DNA of 63,951 nucleotides, counting the filler, from Globobulimina sp. (taxonomy: Eukaryota), in the NCBI GenBank assembly GCA_003354225.1. It is 6 parts of 6 records of this genome, joined end to end, with 100 filler letters (N's around TTAATTAATTAA, not from the genome) between each part and the next. Parts side by side here need not be neighbours in the genome. Positions count along the whole stretch, not along the records: positions 43,351 to 53,816 come from PIVH01000022.1; positions 53,917 to 63,951 come from PIVH01000030.1; 4 more parts are not named here. One strand, 5' to 3'. The notes under the pieces were generated by a model, which had not been told where the DNA came from, did no database searches, and was given only the letters and a program-made list of their open reading frames with translations. Position numbers and translations under genes: made by a program. Positions 45,036 through 58,600 of the stretch are shown here, one piece after another (the stretch's first letter is position 1; the number at the start of each line of letters is the position of its first letter).

Positions 45036-46457
45036 TCATTCTGATTGCAATAACGGTTTGTTACTAACATTACTTATCTGAGGTAACACCGGTGTATCAT
45101 CACATTCTTCTTTGCTTTCTTGTGTTTTAATTGCCATATTCAAAGGAATACACATAATAAATCCCATAAAAGCCAACAAAAAACTAAATAAAAATATGAC
45201 ATATTCCATTGAATGAATCTTTAAATATTGATAAAGCAATGCAAATCCAAATGGCGAGAATATATTTGTTAATCCATTGCAGGCGAACATAACTCCCAAA
45301 CCAATGCCTTTCTCGTTTTGATTGCAATACGATGTCAATATACTATTATAAGCAGCTAAACTTAACCACGAAATTCCACTAATAAAAGCACTAAGACCTA
45401 TCAGCCACATTTCTTTTAAAAGCAAAGCCAAACACATTCCCAAACTATTTAGCATCATTAAAACAATTACAATTAATAATATTTTCTGCTGCGAAATGCC
45501 ACATTTCTGTAATATGGGTAAAAGAATAAGCGGTCCTGTAATTAATCCAATTGTCGATCCAATCGAAAATATCAGAGATATCACGTTTGATTCTTGTTGC
45601 GATGCATTAAACGAATCACAAAAAACAGGGAGAGCAATATCTGCCAATCCAGTCGCTTGTAATGAGACTAAACTCGAAGACAAACTGATCCATAAAATCA
45701 CTGGATTTGAGCACAAATATTTGAACGAATTGCACGGATTTATTTTCCATGGATTGCAGCTCTCCATTTCTTGTGTTTTTGTATTAATTTTTTTGCTGTT
45801 TTGAGTGTTTCTGATTGGTTCTTTGACAAATACTGTTAAATAAAATAGATTTGTGATAAATAAAGCATTTATAACATAGAAATTAAAGTAATCGTTGACA
45901 TATTTTGATATTATAAAAGTTAGAAAAGTGCCAGTTAATAAGGCACTGCCTCCCATAACATACACAGAGCCAAAACCATATAATCGTTTATTGCATGGCA
46001 GTGAGTCTGCAATGTACGAATTATGTGCTGGGCATAAAATTGATGTTGAGCCATTTAAACCTTTCAAAGCCAACAGAAACAAAAATAAAAACATATTGTT
46101 ATACAGTAATATGGCAATATATGGTATCCAATTGGTAAATAATTGAAAATAAAGAAATATTTTCCTGCCATATACATCACTTAAATGGCCAATCATTGCT
46201 GCGGATATAAATGAGAATAAACCCATTAAGGAATTGCTAATTTGATAAACCAAATTATATTCACCATAATTTAAATCTTTATGGCAATTATTATTTGCTT
46301 TTATCGATTTGCATCCACTGAACCAGGCTGCTGCATATCCGCTGATAAATGTACTTACCATATTGCTGGATAAATATAATAAACCATTAAATGGCAAAAA
46401 TCGAATGAAATTTTTGAATGTGCAGATCATGGGCTTTTTATTGCTATTTTCTGCCAT
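45036..46457 (-). CDS. MFS transporter, TetA/MFSD14-like
   Basis: MFS motif A GHLSDVYGRK; SYIAD; about 12 TM segments. Confidence 0.85.
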   Translation of the reverse strand: MAENSNKKPMICTFKNFIRFLPFNGLLYLSSNMVSTFISGYAAAWFSGCKSIKANNNCHKDLNYGEYNLVYQISNSLMGLFSFISAAMIGHLSDVYGRKIFLYFQLFTNWIPYIAILLYNNMFLFLFLLALKGLNGSTSILCPAHNSYIADSLPCNKRLYGFGSVYVMGGSALLTGTFLTFIISKYVNDYFNFYVINALFITNLFYLTVFVKEPIRNTQNSKKINTKTQEMESCNPWKINPCNSFKYLCSNPVILWISLSSSLVSLQATGLADIALPVFCDSFNASQQESNVISLIFSIGSTIGLITGPLILLPILQKCGISQQKILLIVIVLMMLNSLGMCLALLLKEMWLIGLSAFISGISWLSLAAYNSILTSYCNQNEKGIGLGVMFACNGLTNIFSPFGFALLYQYLKIHSMEYVIFLFSFLLAFMGFIMCIPLNMAIKTQESKEECDDTPVLPQISNVSNKPLLQSE

Positions 46458-46485
46458 ATTAATAAGGTAAAAAGTAAAGTAAATA

Positions 46486-49400
46486 ATGATAATAATAGAT
46501 TATATTAATAGATGGACATCGCCCGAAAAATTTCGTGGTAAAATATCATATAAAATATTATGGAATAACGAGTTATTGGGAGTCACTGAGAAACCCTTTG
46601 TGGACTTAGGCGATAAATATCAGGTTCGCATGAAATTTGAATATATGCAACAAAGGAAAAGCTCGCAGCACGACGACGATAGCATGGCGATGGACGATGA
46701 CGATGATAGCAACGATGGCGACGAAGCCGACGATTACAAATATAATCATAACATGTACAGCAACAATAAGAATAATAATAATAATAATCGCTTGCATGAA
46801 ATCAAATTGACACTTAAATCCAAAACATTTTATAAAGGCCAAGCGGCAGAATCGACGGAGAAATGCGAAGTCAAACTGGAACAACCTTTTATTAACAATG
46901 AGATCGAAGGGGATATTAAATGGGAGAACATGTATCCGCACGACATGGATTTGGAGCAAATTGTAATTTGGCTATATTTGGAGACAAAGTCGACGGATAA
47001 ATGGCAGGTCCAACCGCAAAAAAGTTATGTTTTGTTATTTGAATGTAACTAATGTTGTGTGACTGTGATTTTTCATTTGTTTGTTAGATGAAGAACAAAA
47101 CATTGCATTGCGTAAAATCGGTAATATTCTGAGTGTGAATGAAGCATTGTTTGTGGCTGTATGGCGGAAACCATTTTGCCGCCATTTGCATAATTTCTTT
47201 AATATTGGCACCAAACAAGAACACTTAGAACAGCAACAAGTTGAGGATCAAGTGGATGATGATGAGGCGAAGAACAATCAATATGACGATTTGGACACGA
47301 CGCCATCACGCGATCCGAGTATGGGTGGTTTTATTTTGCGCGCCAAGCAAAGGGCGATCGTCATTCAATATTGCCGCAAAACTTGGCGGTTTGGCGGCTT
47401 CTTCGGCGGTGCGGATAAGCGCCGAGAGGACATTTTCAATGCAATGCTGAAAACAATGTTGCATAAAATGAGGAATGATGATGACGAGAAATATAATGAG
47501 AGCAATGCAGATTTATTTACCTTTCACGATTGCAATGCAAGCATCGAATGGATATTTGGTGCGGAATGGAGTGCGAATCGGGAGTCATTAGAAGGTATAT
47601 TACATTCTGTATTTTCAGCAGAATTGAAAAGAATGTTAGATCACACATGGGATGACAGTGAATATTGCGATAAAAGTATCAAACAATTATTGTTGATGTT
47701 TTATTGGTTATTTAAGTTATTCGCACACAGATTCCGCAGTTATTGGCTGATTGGCATTATGCGCAAATTAGCAAAATATATAAGTTTGCAGAATAATAAT
47801 GAGCATAATATCACTTTGTTTGAGTATTTAAATAAGATATTTGGAGCGCAGTTGATATGGAAGGAAAAGCGAAATTGTATCATGAAGTTTGTAGCAACTC
47901 ATTCGAGGAAGAAACAGCAAACGTTTATTAAGGAGTTTTTGCCCGCGGTGCTGTGGTATAATGTGTGTTGGAATTGTGCATTGATTGAGGACACAGCGAA
48001 AAATGTGGCTTTTTTGACTGGTATACATGGCAAAGATAAGCTTGATTTGCAGCAAAGATTTGCGAGCGTTCAGGACAAATTAAAAATGGATAAGAAGTTA
48101 TTTGATGACATTGTGGCTTTAAATGATGTCTGCGATTATAAGGAAAATGAACAATGCATTGATTTTCGAAGTGTGTATCTCAAAGAGATATTATTCAAAT
48201 CAGCATCGGGATTACATGAATTTATTACGTATTTGAAACATGTGTATGCTGTGGCGGATATTGCGTCATTTTCAAACTTATTAAATGTATATTGTTCCAG
48301 TATAAGTAATTATATTCGCAATGATTTGGATAAATGGAGAGAATATTTGAAACAGATTTATTTATTATTACAGTTAAATGGACAGATCAATGAAGAAAAA
48401 ATAGCGGTTTTAAACAATGCGATAAAGCCAATTTATGCAATAATTGGTGCGATTTGTGGTAGTTTGGAAGCTGACGGATTAAGCAAATTAATATCAGAAT
48501 TACCAGCGTCTTATGACAAAACCAACATTTTAGAGCAGATCTTATTGAATAATAACAGTTATTTACTATTCAAACATGCGGATAAATTCATTGACTTAAT
48601 CGTAGAAATATTATTATTGCGCAAAAATAATGTCCAACTCCGCAAAACATTGAGTGTCATACACGCAGTGAATGGGAAGAGCATAAATCTAAAAACATAC
48701 AATGAATTCGCCGAATATCATTTGCAGCTCGCCATTGAACATTGGACATCGTCGATAAATAAAAGATATGCCATAGATATGGTGAATAAACACAACATCG
48801 GTTGGAAGGTCTTAGCAAATACCTTTCATTTAATAATTGAGAAGAAAACGCAAGAAAGATTTGGTTCGCAGCAGACAGACAACGACGATTTAAGTATGAA
48901 GTCGTTTGGAGCGATGATAGATTTTATGGTCGATACTGACATTCCAATCGTTGGCAGAAAAGCAATGGTTTTTGATTTGATATCGTTTTGGAGGGAAAAT
49001 GTGAAAAAGAAAAACAAGTTTCTAAATAAATTGTATATGATATTATTCCAGTTATTATTTGGCCGCAATTGTACGGATAAACACAGTGAATTATACGATG
49101 AAATCATCAGACAATTTCGAAGTATTTCGCCATATAATCAGTACTTTTACCAACAACAAAGTATAAACACAATGGGGATGGATTTGGATGAGGAAGAAAA
49201 AGAGGATGAAAAAGATGAGTCGTGGGATGATGAGAAATTTAATAATTTTCAAGAGACCACGTTAAGTCCTCAATTTTTACGTATTTCGTCATCCGATTGT
49301 CGGTTGTTAATGAATCAAGAATCATTTTACCGATTTGGTAAGACATTGCAAGATGAAACCAATCCATTTCGACAAACATTATTGTTAAAACAATCGGGGA

Positions 49401-50287
49401 TATATTATTTGATGGCCATTCTAATGAATCGCCTCAATGAACATAAGAAATCTGCATTTTTCTTGCAAGAATGTTTGCGAATTCATATAAAAACAGAGAA
49501 AAAAGAAAAAAAGATTGGGAATAATACATTGAAAGCGTTTTGTTTATCCGATATTGCATTGGCATATTATTACAATAACAAACAACAAGAATCGATCAAA
49601 TATATCAGAGATGCAATGAATTTGAGTGGTGAGGGATATGTAAACTTAATTAATTCGGTTATAAATGGCAAGGAAGAGGCAGTTGTTGATGTTATTAAAT
49701 ATTTGGATACAAATACAAATAATGAACAATATGAGCATGAAATGGAAAATAAAGAGAATAAAGAAAATGAATCGGAAGCGGAATATAGTAATTATTCCTT
49801 TTTTGGTCGGTTTACGTATTGCCGATGGCTGACAAAACGTGGCCAATATGATAAAGCTAAAAAGGAGTATGGAATTATTATGAAATATGATGAGAATAAA
49901 AAAATAAATGTGATGAATGGTTTGATATATTATGAATATGGCGAATTGCTATTGAATCATAAGCAAACTGATGAAGCTAAAAAACAATTCCTTACTGCTT
50001 TAAAAATTAAACCGTGTTTGCCAAATATTCATGAAATGTGCAATGACAAATTAAAGGCATTGGATGATAAACATAATCCAAAGCATTATCCCTATAATGA
50101 GCATATCATAAATATGAATCGGAGAGATTCTGTTTCCGATATTCAAGATGATAATGATGATGATAAGATTGACAATGATGACAATGATGTTATCAATGAT
50201 TTGAATGATAATGATTCAGCATTTATTGATTCGCAAGATGAAGAATCTGCGATTCCATCTGTACAGCAAACCACATTATTAGTATAA
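46486..50287 (+). CDS. Large helical protein with C-terminal TPR-like repeats; intron 47024-47087
   Basis: A 64-nt GTTATG...TTGTTAG intron joins the 188-aa and 1068-aa ORFs in frame; YYEYGELL...DEAKKQFLTALKIKP is TPR-like. Confidence 0.7.
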
Positions 50288-50909
50288 CAGGAAAATAAGT
50301 CGGGAGTGGAACTTTTCATCCATAATCTTTTTGTTTTGTAAAATGTAAATTTTAATTATTAGGTTGTATGTGCTATATATGATAGTTTATAGAAAGAGTT
50401 GAAAGGGTAATTTGAAAAATCTACTTCAACCGCCCCGGTTGATAAGTTGTATACATTTTATTTAATTATAGTTTGAGCGAAGAATTATTACATCCACCAA
50501 TCTGAAGGTACTATAAATTGAGTATTACCAACATGTGTCCTCTTTGCAATATGCACATTCAAAAGAAACATTCGTTTATATTTAAACGGAGTGAAACTGA
50601 CACAAAAGTTCACAATTTAATTTAATTTAATAATAAGAAAATGGAGAAAAAACGAAGTAATGTCTACAAACACATAGCGACATCACTGGAAAAAAAATGC
50701 AAAAACACAAAAAAATGCACATTAATATAGAATATGAGTATGAGTAAAAAATATTATATATAATCTGTATATGTACAACAACATCATTAACAGTCTGAAT
50801 ACGAATGCATTTTGTTGTAAATTGTTGATATTAATTTGCAACAATCTACGTTTAAAATAAAAAAAAAGAATTCAATATTAATGAATACAGATTATAATTA
50901 ATTTTTAAA

Positions 50910-52064
50910 TTAAAATTGTTTGATTTGGGCAAATTTCTTTGATATTTGCAATTTATATTTTTTAAAATACATTTTAAAGTAAGGATGGCATATTACATTC
51001 ATTAGTCGATGCCTTTCATCAATATTTAACAAACTATTTAGCAATGACAATGAAGCAAAACTAAAATATCTCAGCATGCAATTCATCATCAAATATTCTC
51101 TTAATTTATCATTAAACAACGCAGAATATCCACTGTCTAATTTATAAATTTCCAATGGTTCATATAAATGTTTGCCGACTGTCATAACCTCAAAAAAAAT
51201 CATCCCTAATCGCCAATTGTCGGCACATCGCGCATCGTAAATATCGCCGGCAAATACTTGTGGCGCGAAATAGCCTTCGTTTTCTAAGGAAAGTCCTTGT
51301 TTTTCACATAAAAAGGCGTTTATATTTGTATTTGTATTTATATTTATGTTGAACAGCTCAGAAACCCCAAAATCTGTCAATTTTATTGATATCTTGGGAT
51401 TGATACTCATGCCACGTTCAGTTGCCACAAAACCGCCATTAATTAACATTATATTTTCAGTGCACAAATCCAAATGACAGCATTGCATACAATCATGCAG
51501 CCACTGAATGGTTACAAACAGCTGAAATAATAAATATTTCATAATTTTATGATATTCCTTGATGGCTAACTGTCCATTACCAATATATCCATTTGCTGTA
51601 TTTATAAATTGTTTTAAATTCATCCCAGATTCGATATATTCTGTTACTAAATAATAATAATGGTTTGATTCGAAAAAATCAATATATTTCACGATATAAT
51701 CACCAATTGGCTGGTTGTCAAAAGTTAAGAATTTGAGGATTTGAGATTCTTTCAGTATATTCTCAGAAACACAAAAATTAATATCACCTTGGATTGCAAT
51801 CTTTTGTTTTAACAATTCTTTGCTCGTTTTTTTAATTGCTACATAACTATGCTCTGTTTTTTTAATTGTTTTGGCTCTCCATAATTCGCCTTGCAATGTG
51901 TCACATATTTTGTTGATTTTCTCAAATCCGTTTTTACGGAAAATAATATCTTCATCAAGTTCTGAGATGTTGTTATATAGCTGCAATACAGGGATATTCT
52001 CCAAAGAATCATTGGAATCCCAATCGATCGATGAAATTGAATCATATTCTAAAGTAAACGACAT
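50910..52064 (-). CDS. Ser/Thr protein kinase domain (non-RD, HLD)
   Basis: VAIKK, HLDLCTEN, DFG, FAPQ, DNWRLG. Confidence 0.9.
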   Translation of the reverse strand: MSFTLEYDSISSIDWDSNDSLENIPVLQLYNNISELDEDIIFRKNGFEKINKICDTLQGELWRAKTIKKTEHSYVAIKKTSKELLKQKIAIQGDINFCVSENILKESQILKFLTFDNQPIGDYIVKYIDFFESNHYYYLVTEYIESGMNLKQFINTANGYIGNGQLAIKEYHKIMKYLLFQLFVTIQWLHDCMQCCHLDLCTENIMLINGGFVATERGMSINPKISIKLTDFGVSELFNININTNTNINAFLCEKQGLSLENEGYFAPQVFAGDIYDARCADNWRLGMIFFEVMTVGKHLYEPLEIYKLDSGYSALFNDKLREYLMMNCMLRYFSFASLSLLNSLLNIDERHRLMNVICHPYFKMYFKKYKLQISKKFAQIKQF

Positions 52065-52085
52065 TAGTAAGTAAGTAAGTTTATC

Positions 52086-53816
52086 TCAAAGTAAAATTGT
52101 ATAATCATCATCTTGAAACTCATAGTCTTCATTGACATCACACATTGTTGTTGTTGTTGATATGGATCCCTTTAATATACCAACACTTTCGTCGACCATT
52201 GCTGACTCATCCTCTGTTCCACACATATGGACAGCATTATTATTTGATTCATATTCACATTGTTTTAATTCCGAGTCTTCTTCGTCAAAATCATCTTTTA
52301 GTTTTGCTAAGTTATGCATTGTAAACGTATTACTGTCGTTATTGTGTTTTGTATAATTAACATATCCACTTTTATTCCATTTTTGTATTGCCTCACTATC
52401 ACATTCCACGCATTCCACTTCCACGGTTTTGATACGAAATATATCCAAATTAAATACTGAATTACCATTTATTTCCTTTGAATTCTCATTGTTTTTTAAC
52501 TTTTGTTGTCGTAAATGTTTGATTGCTCCAATAATTATTATACACAAACAAACTGTAATTACGCACATTATAATTGCTATCCATTCTGCTGTGGAAAGCG
52601 TCGTTGATTTATCCTTGTCATTTTTTATTGGAATGATTGCATCCAAACTTGTATACGTACTCGCAATCAGATCATATCTACAACTTATAATTAAATCCAT
52701 TTTGAGGTTTGAAATACTGTCAATATCTGTTATCTGTTGCGTTAATATTTGCAGTGTGTTATTTAAGCAAACATATATTTCTGCGGTAACCGCAATTTTA
52801 TTATCTATTAAAGAAACGTTGACAGAGTAGTCTTCTTCAATCGTTTCTATATCGATACAAGTCACAGAATTAATAATATCCAAAATATCATTGGTGATCT
52901 TGTCCATTTCGCTCTGATTTGAATCAATTGTGCAGGTAATATCAATGCACATTTTATAAGACTTTGGCTGTGATGTACTAAATATTGGCTTATCTGTTGT
53001 TGATGTTGCATTTGTTGATAACAACGGAGTTAATGGACACGCATTAAACTCTAAAACAATATCACTGTGATTCAAATCGATAAAGATCGGTGACCCTGAA
53101 ATATATAAATATTTTGAATGCATTTGTGCATTGTCAATGGCTAAGCCAATAAAACCAGAAATATTTCTCATTGGTTTCGTTATTGAGCTATTAAACATAT
53201 CGTCATTAAATAATATATATTGGATGTTATTTAATTTAATATCAAAATAAGTGCCATTCGTAATCTTAATGTTTAATATATAAAAGAATGCATCTGTTTG
53301 ATTGATATAAACTGAATATATTTCATGTTGCATATTTTCATAACATCGCATTATAAATAACTTCTCATTCTTACTAATTCCAATAAAATAATTATTGCAA
53401 ACTGATTGAGGGAAATTATAAATGTAAATGCCTGCAGTTCCACTTCCGAACATATATTCAATTACTAATACACCATTATTATTTACCCACTGTTTCCCCG
53501 AATTAATAATTACTTTTTCATCATACAAACTCTCCCAATTTTCAGCATAACATAATTCATTGGGCATACCGCATACAATCCGCTTCTTATCACCACATGA
53601 ATCCATTTGCCACAAATAACTCTCATCTGTGCTCATTGCACCGCAGCTATGTCGATCAATATTATTATTGTCAGTCCACGGATATTTATTTAAAACCTTG
53701 CCATAATCCCAAAAAGTGCCGTCGTTCCAAGTGATATCGACACTGATACCTAACCAACAATCATTTTCTGCATTGCTTCCAAATAAACATAACAATTTTG
53801 ATTGGCTGTAATCATT
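52086..53816 (-). CDS. C-type lectin-like ectodomain plus TM; probably the same gene as the kinase; 5'-partial
   Basis: CWLG...WNDGT...W...CGAM...WQMDSC....IVC; TM WIAIIMCVITVCLCIIIIGAI; same frame as the kinase. Confidence 0.7.
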   Translation of the reverse strand, partial: NDYSQSKLLCLFGSNAENDCWLGISVDITWNDGTFWDYGKVLNKYPWTDNNNIDRHSCGAMSTDESYLWQMDSCGDKKRIVCGMPNELCYAENWESLYDEKVIINSGKQWVNNNGVLVIEYMFGSGTAGIYIYNFPQSVCNNYFIGISKNEKLFIMRCYENMQHEIYSVYINQTDAFFYILNIKITNGTYFDIKLNNIQYILFNDDMFNSSITKPMRNISGFIGLAIDNAQMHSKYLYISGSPIFIDLNHSDIVLEFNACPLTPLLSTNATSTTDKPIFSTSQPKSYKMCIDITCTIDSNQSEMDKITNDILDIINSVTCIDIETIEEDYSVNVSLIDNKIAVTAEIYVCLNNTLQILTQQITDIDSISNLKMDLIISCRYDLIASTYTSLDAIIPIKNDKDKSTTLSTAEWIAIIMCVITVCLCIIIIGAIKHLRQQKLKNNENSKEINGNSVFNLDIFRIKTVEVECVECDSEAIQKWNKSGYVNYTKHNNDSNTFTMHNLAKLKDDFDEEDSELKQCEYESNNNAVHMCGTEDESAMVDESVGILKGSISTTTTMCDVNEDYEFQDDDYTILL

Positions 53817-53916
53817 NNNNNNNNNNNNNNNNNNNNNNNNNNNNNNNNNNNNNNNNNNNNTTAATTAATTAANNNNNNNNNNNNNNNNNNNNNNNNNNNN
53901 NNNNNNNNNNNNNNNN

Positions 53917-55283
53917 GGCCATTCATAATATAACAACGACATAAATGTGACAAATAAATATATTCTAATTTATACAATGGATTGGCGATTAATAATAATA
54001 TATTTTCTGCTTCTTTGTATCGACGACAATAAATTAAAAATATCTAAACTTTGTTGTGTGGTACCAATATATTCACGGATTGATTCCAAATAAATCAGAA
54101 CATCATCAAAGGACTTATTTAAAATATGATAGGAAGCCATTGATTGCCGACCTGGAATTGTATCGCATTCCGATTGCGAATTACCAACCAATTCAAAATA
54201 TTTTATTGCTATTTTTAACTCATTCTCACTTTGTTTAATTTGCCCAATGCAACAACAAACAATTGCTTTTAGTATATATTCAATGGCTGATTTTGGTTTT
54301 GTTAAATATTTACTTAAAATCTGATACGCTTCAATGTATTGACAATTTTTGAGATGATAAATACATAAATTTAATCGCGTTTCATTCACAATATTTATTA
54401 AAGGCGGTAATATTTCCAATGCATTCTCACCGTCACTAAATACACATAAATTATGTCTGACCATATCAAAAAACGGATTCTCACAGTTTGTAATTTGCAT
54501 TACATCCAAAATATTTCTTACCTCATTTTCGGCCACTTTCCCATTGTATAAACGATAGTTATTACAGGCTCGCAAATTTAAAGCAATAATTGATTGCGGA
54601 TATTTTGCTAAATATGCTCCAATGATATCATTTGATGTGTCATAACGATCTAATTCAAAAAAGCAATATGCGACATATATTTGAATGGCAATATTTAATT
54701 TCTTATTTTTCATCCATTCTTTCTTATAAATATCTGTCGCATTTTGAAATTTCTGACGGAAAAAATGGATCGAAGCTAATGATAATTGATCGCATGTTGA
54801 ATCACTTAAATTTTTTATATGTATTAACATCTTATTTTCATCGTTATAATGACTATATGCAATATGTAGCAATAAACGGTTTTGTAATCTATTTTTTGGT
54901 GATTTTGACAAATATTTTATACATTTCTCGTATTTCCCTAAATGAAATAAACAACACGCTATAAATAAATTGTATATCGGATCTGACGATTCATTTTCAT
55001 ATAAATCGGAATAAAATGATATTGATTTTTTGTAATTTCCTAAATGAAAATGGCAATATGCTAAATTCTCAAATTGTTCTATTTTATTATTCTTATTTTT
55101 ACTTTCTTTCCTTTTATTTGCTAATTCTCTTTCAAATTCAATCAATGTAATTGCACCCAAAAAATCACGCTTTTCAATCAACGACGAAACAGAATATGAC
55201 TGTTTATTTCCTTTTGTCGCACTCGCACATATTCCATCATCGGTTGTTGTATTAGTAATTGCACTATGACGGCGATAATGCAT
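53917..55283 (-). CDS. IFT56: Intraflagellar transport protein 56 (TTC26/DYF-13); frameshift near 54030; 3'-partial
   Basis: RDFLGAITL, QLSLASIHF, NLRACNNYRLYNGKVAE, VRHNLCVF..GE.AL..LPPL, ECDTIPGRQSMAS. Homology continues in another frame (YKEAE...LCRCYIMNG). Confidence 0.9.
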
Positions 55284-55362
55284 TTTCTTTATAGTTTTAC
55301 ACTTCAAAATCAAAAAAATCTTCACTTTATAAATAAAATCATTACGGAGTGCAACACATAAA

Positions 55363-55383
55363 TCTTCAAAACACTAAGAAATC
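55363..55383. repeat. Dispersed motif copy 2 (TCTTCAAAACACTAAGAAATC)
   Basis: Perfect reverse complement of 63705-63725. Confidence 0.9.
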
Positions 55384-55695
55384 TCTTCCCCCCTCAAGGA
55401 CAATCCTCGAATGCTATCATCTTACTTTGTTCTAATTAATATTTTGTTATATATACTTGTTGCAGCCTCAAAAGGTACAGTCTTGCTCTTCGCCTTTGTT
55501 CTTACAAATGAGTATAAAACTGCAATACTAAACTTTATAATAAATCCAATAAATATACATATAAAAAATACAATAAACTCCTCCAATAATTGTTTAAAAA
55601 ATTGGAAATGCTCCCTCCTATATAAAAACAATAATATACTAAATAATAATAAATTGTATACTGTTTATACAGATTACACGCAATCCCGCATTACA

Positions 55696-58600
55696 ATGCT
55701 CCCGAATGACTATGATAACCAAGCAAAAGTAAACCATATTAAAAATAATACAAATAACAGACCGCAACCAACTGGCATTCAAAAAAATGACATTATTACG
55801 GTCAAAATCCAATTACAACAATCTAGATTCCAGCGTGATACCATACCGATCCATAAACAAAAAGTATTCCATATTAATGATAAATTCAATGCAACCAATG
55901 ATGAATCCATATTGGTGACCTTTACGGATGTCGTTACTGCCCCGAAAATACCACCGGTTTGGCACAATGTTGAGGCATCATACAATATCAACGTGATTAA
56001 AAAAAATGGTGTCTTGTATTATAAACAAGATTGGGAGCATTATTATGATGAGAAAGAAAATAAAAACGATCCCGGACATATTAAACCTGCAATGCCTCCA
56101 TCGACACCAAATACATATACCAGAGGTGACACATTTTTCCCTGCGATGCTCGTTCGCCATCCAGACTCATTGAAAAGTAATCAATATCCTTTGCCGCGAA
56201 GACCCCGCTCCAACCAACGTCGACGAGAGAAAAAAAAGAGAAATCCAGAAAAAAAGCAACCAAACAAAAAGGCCGAAATAATTGCGGATCAAATCAAAAA
56301 TATTAAACGTACCAACTCCTGCATTGATTATGAAATTAAAAACGATGAAATATGGGATAAACGAATCGAAAAAATAGATTTAGAGAAAGAAGCCGCGAAT
56401 TTAAATGATTTTAAGGAATTATGGCGATTAGAAAACGACTGCAATATTAGTAACGTTCAAGTCTCGTCAAACTCGCTCAATATTTATTCGCCGACGTATA
56501 AATTCCAGAATTTAATTAGTGGAAAGAATCCGGACTTTCACAAAGCGATACAAATAATTTATCAGAATGCAAATACAGAGCATCCAATCCATAGATTAGT
56601 AATACGCCATTTAATTCCATCAACGATAATATTAAACGACAAAAGAATGTTACATTTGGACCCAATCATTGGCTCCACCACAGAGTCGATTTTAATGGAT
56701 CTCGATTGGGATATTCCGTTCCCGCGATTTGAATATAATGACATTGAAATTAATTATATTAAGAAAAGTTTGATTTGGCGACCAGTCAATATGTGCTTAT
56801 TTAATATACCATTAACAATCTTAAATAATAATTCATTGCCGCGAATCATCACCGATACCATTAAAAATAATATCCATTCGACCTTTATTCTATATACAAT
56901 CCAAAGGGCGATGCAAAGTGATTATGATATGACGAAAATTGACTATGTCCCGCTATTAATTGAATTAATTAAACCGTATGAAATTAAATTTGAACGACTC
57001 AAATTGGCCCAAATTGAATTAGAAAAACAAAGATCGCGTCCAAGTCCGATGAATGAAGATGTAAATAATAAACCGGAGGCATTAAGTGATGACTCAGCAA
57101 ACTCCGAATTATGGTTTGATGAGTTAACAAATGAAATTCATACACAATGTGATGATATCGTGAAATTAATAAAAAAGTATGCAGTCAAAGCAGAAGATGT
57201 GAAATTTACGAATATAATCAAGAATAGACAGTGGTGCAAGAATATATTATACCAAATGAGTAATGAGACCGGCTGTGAATTAGAGATGCCACGGTGGGTA
57301 GATCCGATTAGTTGGAAAAGAATGATTGATTTTGTTGCCGCCGATGACTGCGTACAAAGTATTGACAAAGCATTTAAATCGGACTTATTATATGACAATA
57401 AACCCGTTTTTATCACTCCAGTAACAATGAAAGGAATTAATCCGAAATTAATAATTGGTGATGAATCATTAAATTGCCCTGCTATGAAATTTACATTTGG
57501 CGCCACCGATAAATATATGTTATTATTGAGAACTAATTTATATTCGGAGTTTGTCGCAACTGCACCAACCTGTGTATGCGGAAAGAAATTCACGGTCCAT
57601 TTTAAATGCCCAGAACAAGCCAATTATGTGAAAAAAAGAATAAATGCAATCAAACAAAGATGTAAAAAGGGCAAAATCACCCACAAACAGGCGGAGATTG
57701 AGATACATAGAATATTATCGGTCAAATGCATAAAATGTGGATTCTGGGGCCATTTTATTAATCAATGTAAATGTGAGGAGCCGTCTTGTATTTGCTGCCA
57801 TAAATCGCGCCATATTCGGACTTTAAATATTTTAGTTTGCTCAGATTCGTATAATTTGGTAAAATTATTTGAAAATTTAGATACAATTATTATGCATTGG
57901 AAAGATGTTGATTTTGGCAAAATTGATCATTTCAAATTAATTCATTGTTTATTATCCAATGAGTTAACATTATCGGACTTATATAAAGAAATTAAATCAA
58001 AACCAAGTAATCAAATTGCATTAAAGCCAAACAATCAAAATAAAGACCACAAAAATGCAAATTATTGCGATGCTGCCCACCATAATGAACGCGAACAAAT
58101 AACAAAGGCGCGAGACACCAACAAAAATAACAACAATTCCGCGCCATTACGGACCGATGTATTATTAAAATCTGATATTTTATCGCCGGCAGATGAGCTA
58201 TTATTAAATCATGGTTTGGTGGCGGAGGACTTTAATAATTCTCCCGCACAGAATATTGAATTTGATGAGGCAAAATTTATTGAATTGCCAGCCGAAGAAA
58301 CAGTGACCGAGAAACAAAGCAAATCCACCAATCAAAACATCCCAACCACACCAAATCCGTACATTGATGATAAATTATTAGCAGCCATCCAAAATGAGTT
58401 ACTTTCGAGCGCACAAAACCAAGATATCTCCGATAATTTTGCGCATTTAACAACAAACAATCAACCAATCACAACCAATAATACTCCACTCTCTGACGCT
58501 GAAATGTATTCCTTCGATGAAGAGCCACAAACAGATACCAACAATAATAATGTTCAGAAGCCTAGAAAACCTCAACCAAATCAAGTGTTACACTCAGTCC

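Noticed and set aside
52086-52088. Stop-codon reassignment or readthrough
   Set aside because: Long ORFs read cleanly in the standard code and end in TAA, TAG or TGA; an intron explains this case better.
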